A DNA stretch of 32,000 bases from Candidatus Saccharimonadota bacterium (GTDB lineage: Bacteria; Patescibacteriota; Saccharimonadia; Saccharimonadales; UBA4665), in the NCBI GenBank assembly GCA_016699955.1, contig CP064993.1, forward strand, positions 30,001 through 62,000, in the 5' to 3' direction. Within the stretch, counting starts at the first letter, position 1. Every line of letters starts with the position of its first letter. Under the pieces are notes generated by a model. The model was given only the letters and a program-made list of their open reading frames with translations, had not been told where the DNA came from and did no database searches. Of this stretch, positions 24,498-32,000 are shown piece after piece. Made by a program: the position numbers and the translations under genes.

Positions 24498-24524
24498 CTG
24501 GCACTCTAGTGTCAAGAGTGCCAA
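24498..24524 (-). promoter_or_regulatory. CIRCE-like inverted repeat overlapping the hsp20 promoter
   Basis: The minus strand reads TTGGCACTC-N9-GAGTGCCAG, against the CIRCE consensus TTAGCACTC-N9-GAGTGCTAA. It overlaps TTGACA (24510-24515). TATACT (24486-24491) lies 18 nt downstream. Confidence 0.6.
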
Positions 24525-24532
24525 CGCAGTTA

Positions 24533-24985
24533 TCACTGAATTTTGGCGCGTAACGTTCTGTAATCGCTGCGGAGTGTGCCGCTACCATCTATTATCTGGT
24601 GCAGTGTTCGAAGGTCTCGGTGTAGGAGCATATCCCGTATCAGCCGCACGCCAAGCAACGGAAGTGGCGTTCTTACCTGTTCGGTCAAAGTAACTAACCT
24701 ATCGCTAAACACGGCTATGTCGCGCCGCTCGCTTCGACTGAGGGCTTTAGGCGCGAGCATCCGTGCCATTAGTGTACTTAACAACCAGGCAACGCACGCA
24801 ACGAGCATCAAGGCCGTCAGTGCCACAAAGCAAATCACCCACCAACCGCCGTATGTTGTCATAAACCACCCTGTAGCGATTAAAAGACAAGCTGAGACGA
24901 CAGCAGGAACCGCAAACAAACGTGTAACATGCCGAAGGAGCAGCACAGATGCAACTGCTCGTAGCAAGGGAATGTCATTGCGCAT
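24533..24985 (-). CDS. hypothetical membrane protein
   Basis: 150 aa with 2-3 TM segments and an Arg-rich soluble tail. I recognise no family. Confidence 0.5.
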   Translation of the reverse strand: MRNDIPLLRAVASVLLLRHVTRLFAVPAVVSACLLIATGWFMTTYGGWWVICFVALTALMLVACVAWLLSTLMARMLAPKALSRSERRDIAVFSDRLVTLTEQVRTPLPLLGVRLIRDMLLHRDLRTLHQIIDGSGTLRSDYRTLRAKIQ

Positions 24986-25011
24986 GGGTACAGTTCACCA
25001 CATTTTTTGTT

Positions 25012-25524
25012 TTAGCGCTGTGAGCGGGCATACACTTCGTAAGTATACTGTGGCTCCCCTGGCTGCGGTGAGCCGGCCGTGGCGGAGATAAGGCGGAAGT
25101 GCTTGAGCCGTTCGACCACTGGGTAAAATTTGTCGCAATCGTAATTGGCATCGATACGGGTAATATAAACCTCGTCGGGTTCAATTTCAGCAATACTGCC
25201 ATTCCATACATCTTTGCCAGCTGCCTGCATATCCGCAAGAAAGTCATGGAGCGAGTGAACAATTGTGACGCCAGGTTTATTCTCGAGACTGCGAGATGTT
25301 AGTACATACAGATGCCGTCCGGCAGGCGGCCAGGCGCTGACACCCTCGCGCTCGGTCAGTCCTTTCATCATGGCCTCATAGGTACCGCGGCCAATAAGTA
25401 AATTACCGCCGAAACGTTGCGTTTGTTCATGGAAATACGCAATATCTTCTGGGATATTCCACGGCGTAGCCCCGCCCTTTGCCATACCACCGTTTCTGTC
25501 GACTGCCACAATATCCCGAATCAT
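25012..25524 (-). CDS. folA: dihydrofolate reductase-like protein
   Basis: IVAVDRNGGMAKGGATPWNIPEDIAYFHEQT...LLIGRGTYEAM fits the DHFR N-terminal pattern. Its start ATG overlaps the folC stop (ATGA at 25521-25524). The ORF-track start at 25650 is rejected. Confidence 0.7.
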   Translation of the reverse strand: MIRDIVAVDRNGGMAKGGATPWNIPEDIAYFHEQTQRFGGNLLIGRGTYEAMMKGLTEREGVSAWPPAGRHLYVLTSRSLENKPGVTIVHSLHDFLADMQAAGKDVWNGSIAEIEPDEVYITRIDANYDCDKFYPVVERLKHFRLISATAGSPQPGEPQYTYEVYARSQR

Positions 25525-26792
25525 TTTAGCTCCTTGCGACGTTGGCGCAGTTGAGAAATCAGGAAAAAAGAGCCGGTAATAACGCCAATGTCTTTTGTTT
25601 TCTCCAACAAAGCTCGGTACGCCTCTTTTTGGTCGACAATGACATGGCATTTCACCCCATTTGCCTCTAACACGCTGACAATTTCACTTGGCGGCATGGA
25701 GAGAATGGGTAAATCTTGCGCTTTAGTGAAGCTCGTGACTATGATTTCTCCGGCATATTTTTGCAACAACGGCGCAATATCGGTGATTTCTTTTCCCTTT
25801 TTTAGTGCAAATAAAACAGTAGGTTTAGTGCCAGGGAATTTTTCTGAATAACTATGCCAGAACGCCATCATTTTCTGGCCATTGTGCGCACCGTCCATAA
25901 GGATAGTCTTCCCAGCTATATTCCGAATGTCCATCCGTGCAGGTACTTGCAGTTCTTGTGTTTTTTGCAATTGTGTCGCAGTAATAGCAAGCATTCCGTC
26001 GCGTATTGCCAACCATTTATACGCCGCAAACGCGAGTAGCCAGTTGCGTTTTTGGTACTCAGGCATATTTGGTACAAAATCCCCACCGTAAGCATTTTTG
26101 AGTCTGCCTTGTTCAAACACTAGCAACTCGGCATCTTCTTGCTGGCTCGTCCAGTACCGCACAACCTGCATGATTTCAGAATCTTGGCTATACATTAGCG
26201 CTGTATTGCCCTGGTGTATGATGCCTGCTTTTTGGTAGGCAATCTTGCCCAGCGTATCGCCAAGCAGGTCAGTATGGTCAAGACCTATGTCGGTTATTAC
26301 ACACAGCTTGTCCCTGCGCGCTGCGACGTTTGTGCTGTCTTCTAGCCCACCCATTCCGGTTTCGACAACGGCGTAGTCAACTTTTTCGCGGGCAAAAACC
26401 CAGTAGGCAAACGCGATCAGCACCTCAAAACGGCTCGGCGTCTCGGGTACGTCCGCCAGGGTTTCTACAAATTCACCGAAGTATGCGCAGAACTTTTTTT
26501 GGGACAGTGGTCGCCCGTTCAGCTGAATACGCTCGTTCATACTATCGACATATGGTGAGATGGTTAAGCCAACTTTGTACCCTGCGGCCGTGAGCAACGC
26601 AGAAGTGTAATACGCAGTAGAAGTCTTCCCGCTGGTACCGGCTATGTGCACCACGCGAAGCGACTTTTCGGGGTTGTTTATATGCGCCATGAGCCGCTCG
26701 GTACGCTCAAGCGTGATGTGCTGTCCGGTTGTACGTGCCGTTACCTCGTCATACGGCCGTAACGCTTTTTCTACCTCAAGCAAAGTCGTCAT
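25521..26792 (-). CDS. folC: folylpolyglutamate synthase / dihydrofolate synthase
   Basis: It belongs to the Mur-ligase family, with the P-loop HIAGTSGKTSTA, VVETGMGG and DGAHN. I start at ATG 26792 (MTTLLEVEKAL). Confidence 0.85.
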   Translation of the reverse strand: MTTLLEVEKALRPYDEVTARTTGQHITLERTERLMAHINNPEKSLRVVHIAGTSGKTSTAYYTSALLTAAGYKVGLTISPYVDSMNERIQLNGRPLSQKKFCAYFGEFVETLADVPETPSRFEVLIAFAYWVFAREKVDYAVVETGMGGLEDSTNVAARRDKLCVITDIGLDHTDLLGDTLGKIAYQKAGIIHQGNTALMYSQDSEIMQVVRYWTSQQEDAELLVFEQGRLKNAYGGDFVPNMPEYQKRNWLLAFAAYKWLAIRDGMLAITATQLQKTQELQVPARMDIRNIAGKTILMDGAHNGQKMMAFWHSYSEKFPGTKPTVLFALKKGKEITDIAPLLQKYAGEIIVTSFTKAQDLPILSMPPSEIVSVLEANGVKCHVIVDQKEAYRALLEKTKDIGVITGSFFLISQLRQRRKELK

Positions 26793-26850
26793 TTTCACCC
26801 CATTACAGTAGCACACCTCTGTTAGTAATGATATAATTCCACCCGGTTGC

Positions 26851-26927
26851 GCGCCCGTAGCTCAGCTGGATAGAGCGTTGGTTTCCGGTACCAAAGGTCG
26901 GGAGTTCGAATCTCTTCGGGCGTACCA
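26851..26927 (+). tRNA. tRNA-Arg (anticodon CCG), CCA encoded
   Basis: Cloverleaf: GCGCCCG/CGGGCGT acceptor, TTGGT-TTCCGGT-ACCAA anticodon arm, GGGAG-TTCGAAT-CTCTT T-arm. Confidence 0.9.
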
Positions 26928-27239
26928 ATTCCCAGTTTTTGATAATGCAATGACCGCTTCAAACGGTTGCTTAGGTGTAAACTGCAGTTTTTCACCCTTT
27001 AAGGTTGCTTTCGCAAATATAATGTCCGGTAGGTAGCGTTTTTGCTGTACTTTCGTGCTTTCAGCGTTAAGTAATTCTATGGAACGGCTACATACATCAA
27101 ATAAGTAACTTACACTAATAACAAATGACCTATCGCCCGCACTGTAGTCTTGTAAATCATCAAATTGTTTTTTCTGACGCTTTTCGATCTTTTTGACTAT
27201 ACGTTCAAATAAGTCTAGTGGTGTCGTAGCGATGTTCAT
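26862..27239 (-). pseudogene. C-terminal remnant of a second large serine recombinase (tentative)
   Basis: About 100 aa (…ELLNAESTKVQQKRYLPDIIFAKATLKGEKLQFTPKQPFEAV…) align by eye with the tail of the 15045-15893 protein (…RLWTGSHLEDRQRFQKMVFQHGIFVNSDRTFRTTELSLIFEPI…). It reads antisense into the tRNA in the same frame (…WYARR…). Confidence 0.35.
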
Positions 27240-27265
27240 ACTTAACATGGTATGATTTATATATA

Positions 27266-28291
27266 ATGAATGAAATAATAGGTAGTAGTGCTCTTTATGA
27301 CCAGACGCCCGAACACCTAACGCCGTTGGGGGCGGGCAATTTGGGAGATCAAAAATTGCATGAAGGTCAGGAAGCAGCAGAAGCATTGACAGCGGCTTAT
27401 AGGGGATGGCTTGAAAGGCGTGGCATTGACCCAACAAGCATACCTCATTTTACAATGAGACAACGAGAGTTTGATCTGTTCAGAAATGTGCCCCCCAACT
27501 ATATTGGCGATACTCGCGAACTATACCACATACCAAGAGACGATCAAGACGGTTGTCAGTATGCATTAGTAGATATAGAACCTGATGACCCCAACCTGCC
27601 TCCTAAACCCCTGCTAGTGACAGTAGATGAAGTAGATTTTGGAACAGTGATGGATCGTGAACAAATCGATAGTGATTTTCAAAACCCCGACCCTGATCCG
27701 AATAATCCTCTGACACCTAAGTCGGGCGGTGCGTACAGAACAGTCAATATAGCGGAGACTATCTCTACGTCAACGCAAGGACTACAAACGTTTGCGGTAG
27801 AATTAATGAGAGGGAAAACCGTAGACCCTTTAACTAGCCATTACGGAGATATTGGAGTCCGAGCTGGCGGACTTGCAGCTGATCAACAAGATGCATATGT
27901 CTGGACGACCTCACCGTTTGCTAGATCTGTCGAGCTGACAGTAGCCTTCCCTAGCCAGTATGATTCGGTATGTATAGTGCGCGGCCAAAGATGCGAAGCG
28001 GCAAACGGTAAAGCTGGCATGGCTCAAATTGTAAATCCAGAGGTAGTATTCAAGATTGACGGTGAAAATCTAAGAAAGTTGCAGCTAGTATACAAGAGTC
28101 TTTACCTTGAGCCGGACTTTGCGCTGACCGAAGTACAACGACGAGAACGCGACGAGCTTTTTAACAATCACTTGGCTAATCAAATTTCTCATCAAGCAAG
28201 TAACAATAGAGCTAGGAAACAGGAGGAGGAACAACATGCGCGTCGCAGACGGCAACAACCTTTACGAGCGCTTCAAATCCCACGCCCTTGA
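27266..28291 (+). CDS. hypothetical protein (no recognisable family)
   Basis: 341-aa ORF with an acidic, Pro-rich middle and an Arg/Gln-rich tail. A TATATAAT box lies just upstream. Confidence 0.55.
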   Translation: MNEIIGSSALYDQTPEHLTPLGAGNLGDQKLHEGQEAAEALTAAYRGWLERRGIDPTSIPHFTMRQREFDLFRNVPPNYIGDTRELYHIPRDDQDGCQYALVDIEPDDPNLPPKPLLVTVDEVDFGTVMDREQIDSDFQNPDPDPNNPLTPKSGGAYRTVNIAETISTSTQGLQTFAVELMRGKTVDPLTSHYGDIGVRAGGLAADQQDAYVWTTSPFARSVELTVAFPSQYDSVCIVRGQRCEAANGKAGMAQIVNPEVVFKIDGENLRKLQLVYKSLYLEPDFALTEVQRRERDELFNNHLANQISHQASNNRARKQEEEQHARRRRQQPLRALQIPRP

Positions 28292-28460
28292 GACAGGAAC
28301 TGCGAAAACAGGAAAATCTAAAACAATACACAACACAGAGCTGGGTAGCTTGCTTTCTAGCCAAGTTACAGAAGAACGCCCCAAAAAATCCCTGCGGCAG
28401 GGTTACAGTAATGAGTTGAGGATCTATTTCTCAATTTTACTGATAAGTCAGTTGAGGTGA
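28236..28460 (+). CDS. possible small protein overlapping the end of the previous ORF
   Basis: The ATG at 28236 follows a very strong SD, AGGAGGAGGA (28221-28230). It is 74 aa with no recognisable family. Confidence 0.25.
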   Translation: MRVADGNNLYERFKSHALETGTAKTGKSKTIHNTELGSLLSSQVTEERPKKSLRQGYSNELRIYFSILLISQLR

Positions 28461-28725
28461 AAAAAAGCGGATGCTTGCCACAAGGTGTGATTTTTCGCCG
28501 CGAACGCCTTGAGTGAGAATAGGTGGAGGATAGGGCGCAAATGGACACGGCGAGTACAGGACGCACCAACCTGCGTTCGGCAATAACAATCCGCCGCCAA
28601 GATAATCTTTTGCAATGCATAACTCTTTAAAAATCTGAGTAACCGCTTGGTAGCACTCTGTACGTAATGCGTCGGCTAGATGGTACCGAGCCTAAGCTTA
28701 TTGTTTATGATAGAATTATCCTGTT

Positions 28726-29253
28726 ATGACTGAACATAAAAATTACGCTGAAGTAAACACAAGCTATACTGTGTTTTTCCTTCTATCTAGTATGGGGTTG
28801 GGTTTGTTTTTTGGTAGTCTAATCACGGAGACAAGCTATTCGTCTGCAATTATTATAATTTTATACGTACTACTACTGTATTTCATCTGGGACTTAATCA
28901 AACAACTTTACAGCCCCGGGCAGGCCGTGTTTCTGTACGCAACGATATTTATCGTGATGCCCGCTGCGATGAATTTGCTGCTCAATTTTCCTTACGCACG
29001 TCTTGGAACGATCGTACTGCTAGGATCATACTTTACTGCAGGAATTCTAGAATTATTATTCGAAATGATTGTTAAAAAGCGTCTGAGTAAAAACTTGTTT
29101 GTTAGAATAGTGTCTGTTGATAACAAAATTGATAAAAGCATTATCAAAATTAGTAACGAGCAAGTATACCTAACTGAGTATAGGGGATTTGTTTTCGCTA
29201 TTTGTTTAACAGCAGCTTACTTTACTATAGCCTACATACTTTTTCACATTTAG
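28726..29253 (+). CDS. hypothetical membrane protein
   Basis: 175 aa with 4-5 hydrophobic helices, in an AT-rich region. Confidence 0.55.
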   Translation: MTEHKNYAEVNTSYTVFFLLSSMGLGLFFGSLITETSYSSAIIIILYVLLLYFIWDLIKQLYSPGQAVFLYATIFIVMPAAMNLLLNFPYARLGTIVLLGSYFTAGILELLFEMIVKKRLSKNLFVRIVSVDNKIDKSIIKISNEQVYLTEYRGFVFAICLTAAYFTIAYILFHI

Positions 29254-29295
29254 CTTCTAACCTACTTTAGGATGCTGTACCAAGTTGACGATGCG

Positions 29296-30156
29296 TTATT
29301 CAAATGTGTTGCAGGCGGCGGCTTTGCCGGTGTCGTAACCTGTGGTAAACCATTTCACCCGCTGTTCGCTGCTGCCATGTGTCCACGTTTCTGGACTGGA
29401 GCGACCCTGAATTGTTTCTTGGACATGATCATCACCAACCGCCGCCGCGGCGCTGAGGGCTTCTTTGATTTCCTGGTCGTTTTCAAACACACCCAGCTGC
29501 GATATAGACCGAGCCCACACTCCGGCATAACAGTCGGCTTGCAGTTCTAGTTTTACTGAAAGGTCATTTGCCGCACCCGGGTTTTCCTGCTGCTCCGACT
29601 GTACCTGTTCCATAGTACCAGTGAGGTTTTGGACGTGGTGGCCGACTTCGTGAGAAATGACATAGGCCTGTGCAACATCGCCGCTACTGCCGCCAAAACG
29701 CTGCTGCAGTTCGTCAAAAAATGTCTCGTCCAGGTAAATAGTTTGGTCATACGGACAGTAGTGCGGCCCAACCGTAGAACTTGCTGCGCCGCAGGCTGAC
29801 TGGGTGAGCTGACGAAACAACACCAGCTTAGGAGCAGTGTATTCTACTCCCTGCACAGCGAAGATATCTTGCCAAATGTCATTGTTTGAACCAAGTACTT
29901 TTTTGGTGAATGTTTCATACTGGTCGGCGCCCTGAAACTCGGCCGCCTGTTCGCTGGTCTGCGACGTCTGTTGGTTTGTAGCCTGGCCAAGGATTTGTTC
30001 GAGTACACTGCCGTTTTCACCGGTACCGCCGCCCATAAAAGCAAACAGCAGAAATACTACCAGGCCGCCCACGCCAGTTAGCGCAATACCACCTGTGCCT
30101 ATTCCCCGCCGATCTTCTACGTTGCCGGTACTGCCAATCTTATCCCATAACGCCAT
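29296..30156 (-). CDS. YpfJ-family putative neutral zinc metallopeptidase
   Basis: An N-terminal TM segment is followed by CGAASSTVGPHYCPYDQTIYLD...AYVISHEVGHHVQNLTG (HExxH) and a C-terminal part typical of the family. Confidence 0.85.
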   Translation of the reverse strand: MALWDKIGSTGNVEDRRGIGTGGIALTGVGGLVVFLLFAFMGGGTGENGSVLEQILGQATNQQTSQTSEQAAEFQGADQYETFTKKVLGSNNDIWQDIFAVQGVEYTAPKLVLFRQLTQSACGAASSTVGPHYCPYDQTIYLDETFFDELQQRFGGSSGDVAQAYVISHEVGHHVQNLTGTMEQVQSEQQENPGAANDLSVKLELQADCYAGVWARSISQLGVFENDQEIKEALSAAAAVGDDHVQETIQGRSSPETWTHGSSEQRVKWFTTGYDTGKAAACNTFE

Positions 30157-30229
30157 AAGCCAAACTCCTTTGTCCGTTCAGTGTACTACGTTTATGTAAA
30201 CTCTGCATTTTATTATATAATAATGCTTA

Positions 30230-30820
30230 ATGTTGTCTCTTGAAGCAATCCAGCTTGACCCACAATTAAAGCGTGTGCCTAAAAAAGCAATTATCATTGT
30301 CGGTAGCGTAACGCTTGCTTTGTATAAAGAACTAGCGGGGATAGAAAAAGCCGATAGATATCTGTCGATAGACGATTTAGATATATGTGTCGACGAGACT
30401 GTGTACGATGAGCTTTACCTGAACTCAAAACCAAAAGCGCTTATACGCCCAGGTGATGATAGCTGGGTTCAAAACCGTTATCGCAACGTGGAAACGCTTC
30501 GGCGTGAACATAAAGTTGACGGCCTTAAGAGGCTAGTTCAGCTTGATGTTGGTCCAACAGTATTCCGCTGGTCGCACGAGGAAGTGCTGACAGATGCCGT
30601 TATGCGGCCAGGTAAGGATGGAAACGACTACAGCATCCTAAATCCTTTACGACAACTTGCCTGGTACGAAGCACTCGGTCGTAAAAAAGACCAAGTTAAG
30701 ATTGAGATGCTGCGCGATTTAATACTCCCCCGTTTTGCCGACAGAGAAGACCTTACGCTACCAATTCCGCCTGAACTCTCTCATTCACGCATTTCGCACT
30801 TTAACCCCCAACCTGCATAA
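30230..30820 (+). CDS. hypothetical protein, possibly nucleotidyltransferase-fold; 3' end replaced by IS insertion
   Basis: A VGS...(n)...DDLDI pattern near the N-terminus hints at a Pol-beta-type NTase, but weakly. The last 11 codons (SRISHFNPQPA) are encoded by the IS left end. Confidence 0.5.
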   Translation: MLSLEAIQLDPQLKRVPKKAIIIVGSVTLALYKELAGIEKADRYLSIDDLDICVDETVYDELYLNSKPKALIRPGDDSWVQNRYRNVETLRREHKVDGLKRLVQLDVGPTVFRWSHEEVLTDAVMRPGKDGNDYSILNPLRQLAWYEALGRKKDQVKIEMLRDLILPRFADREDLTLPIPPELSHSRISHFNPQPA

Positions 30821-31870
30821 TTAGTAGCAGGGCGTTAGCCCTGCAAAACTAAGCAGGATAAAATAAACATGTCTCGATCAAAATGTTCTCGCGATCTGTA
30901 TTGTGCTTTCTTGGAAGTAACAGCAGATAGATATTCAGCATTGTCACTGAGCGAAGTTGCTCCAGATGGATCGACGCTATCACATGACAGCATCTCTCGT
31001 TGGCTTGCAGACGAAAAGGTACAGCCCAAGGATCTGTGGCAGGCTGCTAAGTCTGAGGTAGCCTCTAAACCTGGTATCCTTGTCTTTGACGATGTAGTCA
31101 TAGACAAAAGTCGTAGTGGTAAGACTGAATTAGTAAACTGGCAGTATGCCGGCTCGAAGCACGACATAACTAAAGGTATTGGTGTAGTTAATGCCTTATG
31201 GCAAACCAGTAAAGAAGACTACATGCCGATGGACTACCGTATATGGAATCCGTCGGAAGATGGCAAGACTAAAAACAACCATTTCAGGGATATGCTGACA
31301 GCTGTAAAACAGCGTCAACTTACGCCTGAAATGGTTGTTGCCGACAGTTGGTATTCCAGTTTAGATAACCTTAAAGCCACTCGCTCTCATGGCTGGGATT
31401 GGGTGATGGGGTTACGTAGTAACCGTTTGGTCAACAAACCACATGTACAGATTAAAACCCTCGAGATACCAGATGAAGGTCTGGTCGTACACCTCAAAGG
31501 ATACGGATGGATCAAGCTATTCCGGTTCGTGACCAAACACGGTCGCACGGATTACATTGGTACTAGCAAGCTCGATCTATCCAGGAGCCAAGTCAAAGAG
31601 TACTTTGAAAGACGTTGGAGCGTCGAAGTGTTGCATCGTGAACTCAAACAAACCTGTGGTTTTACTCGCTGTCTGGCCAACACTGGCCGAGCACAGAGAA
31701 ACCACATTGGGCTCTCTATGCTCACCTGGATACAAAGACACAAGAGAAGATCTCAGGACAGGCTAAACAATATACAAAACAGCATGTACCAACAAAAGTG
31801 GGAGGTCATAAAACCGAGCATCCAGCTAGCGCTGGCTGCTCGTATGCGTGGTTAAGGTGCGAAATGCGTG
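30786..31870 (+). mobile_element. insertion sequence (IS4/IS701-superfamily DDE type), apparently intact
   Basis: The 21-bp terminal inverted repeats are CACGCATTTCGCACTTTAACC (30786-30806) and GGTTAAGGTGCGAAATGCGTG (31850-31870), with one mismatch. They are flanked by the direct repeat TCATT (30781-30785 and 31871-31875). A single transposase ORF fills the element. Confidence 0.8.
30869..31855 (+). CDS. DDE transposase
   Basis: Candidate catalytic motifs are LVFDDVVIDKS, VVADSWYSS and ERRWSVEVLHRELK, the last being the Y/R-E-K signature of the IS4-like superfamily. Confidence 0.85.
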   Translation: MSRSKCSRDLYCAFLEVTADRYSALSLSEVAPDGSTLSHDSISRWLADEKVQPKDLWQAAKSEVASKPGILVFDDVVIDKSRSGKTELVNWQYAGSKHDITKGIGVVNALWQTSKEDYMPMDYRIWNPSEDGKTKNNHFRDMLTAVKQRQLTPEMVVADSWYSSLDNLKATRSHGWDWVMGLRSNRLVNKPHVQIKTLEIPDEGLVVHLKGYGWIKLFRFVTKHGRTDYIGTSKLDLSRSQVKEYFERRWSVEVLHRELKQTCGFTRCLANTGRAQRNHIGLSMLTWIQRHKRRSQDRLNNIQNSMYQQKWEVIKPSIQLALAARMRG

Positions 31871-32000
31871 TCATTTAGCCGAGGAAGTGCTAAATCCTCG
31901 TTAATTTTCAGGCGCCTACAACGGAATATATACTCGACTCAGCACGAGGGCGCTGTGATTACCATCTCACCAGAGTTGACTCACTGACTGTATCGTCCAC

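Noticed and set aside
28366-28620. 84-aa minus-strand Arg-rich ORF
   Set aside because: It has low-complexity basic composition, no SD and no family resemblance. The region may simply be intergenic, although I could not assign it a function.
1-32000. Search by eye for CRISPR arrays, rRNA genes and riboswitch-like leaders
   Set aside because: I saw no regularly spaced direct repeats of 25-40 bp, no rRNA-like sequence and no recognisable riboswitch core upstream of the folate, prs or transporter genes.

Overview
This 32-kb chromosomal window looks like a reduced-genome CPR/Patescibacteria-type bacterium. My guess is Saccharibacteria/TM7, inferred only from gene content: a pilin-like protein, a CHAP hydrolase, a heliorhodopsin, large secreted beta-helix/Ig/FN3 proteins, tight gene packing and the standard genetic code. 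The housekeeping backbone is murI, folD, prs, a NUDIX hydrolase, an OmpR/histidine-kinase pair, an EamA transporter, hsp20, folC-folA, tRNA-Lys(CUU), tRNA-Arg(UCG) and tRNA-Arg(CCG). Accessory patches are interleaved with it. (1) Each tRNA-Arg gene is followed by a decayed large-serine-recombinase gene whose frame runs antisense into the tRNA, which marks two integrated-element remnants. (2) The first remnant carries the most interesting locus, a tight three-gene operon at 16492-19206. It encodes a COG1373-type AAA+ ATPase (AAA_14/DUF4143), a protein with a C-terminal TIR-like domain of the CAP12/Pycsar type, and a small trypco2-like protein. I do not recognise this combination as a named defence system and propose it as a candidate anti-phage/conflict system. 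(3) One intact IS4/IS701-superfamily IS (30786-31870) has 21-bp inverted repeats and a 5-bp target duplication, and clips the 3' end of a gene. Two miniature derivatives lie at 10529-10614 and 13960-14131. (4) Three copies of a module ending in the last ~16-22 nt of tRNA-Lys lie at 4153-4346, 6173-6232 and 7617-7733, and share a hairpin conserved through a wobble change. (5) Other items are a heliorhodopsin gene, a frameshifted APH-like kinase, a CIRCE-like operator on hsp20, a secreted beta-helix/Ig-FN3/Cys-less cupredoxin operon and a further short dispersed repeat family. I saw no rRNA genes or CRISPR array. All family calls rest on motif recognition by eye, because no searches could be run.
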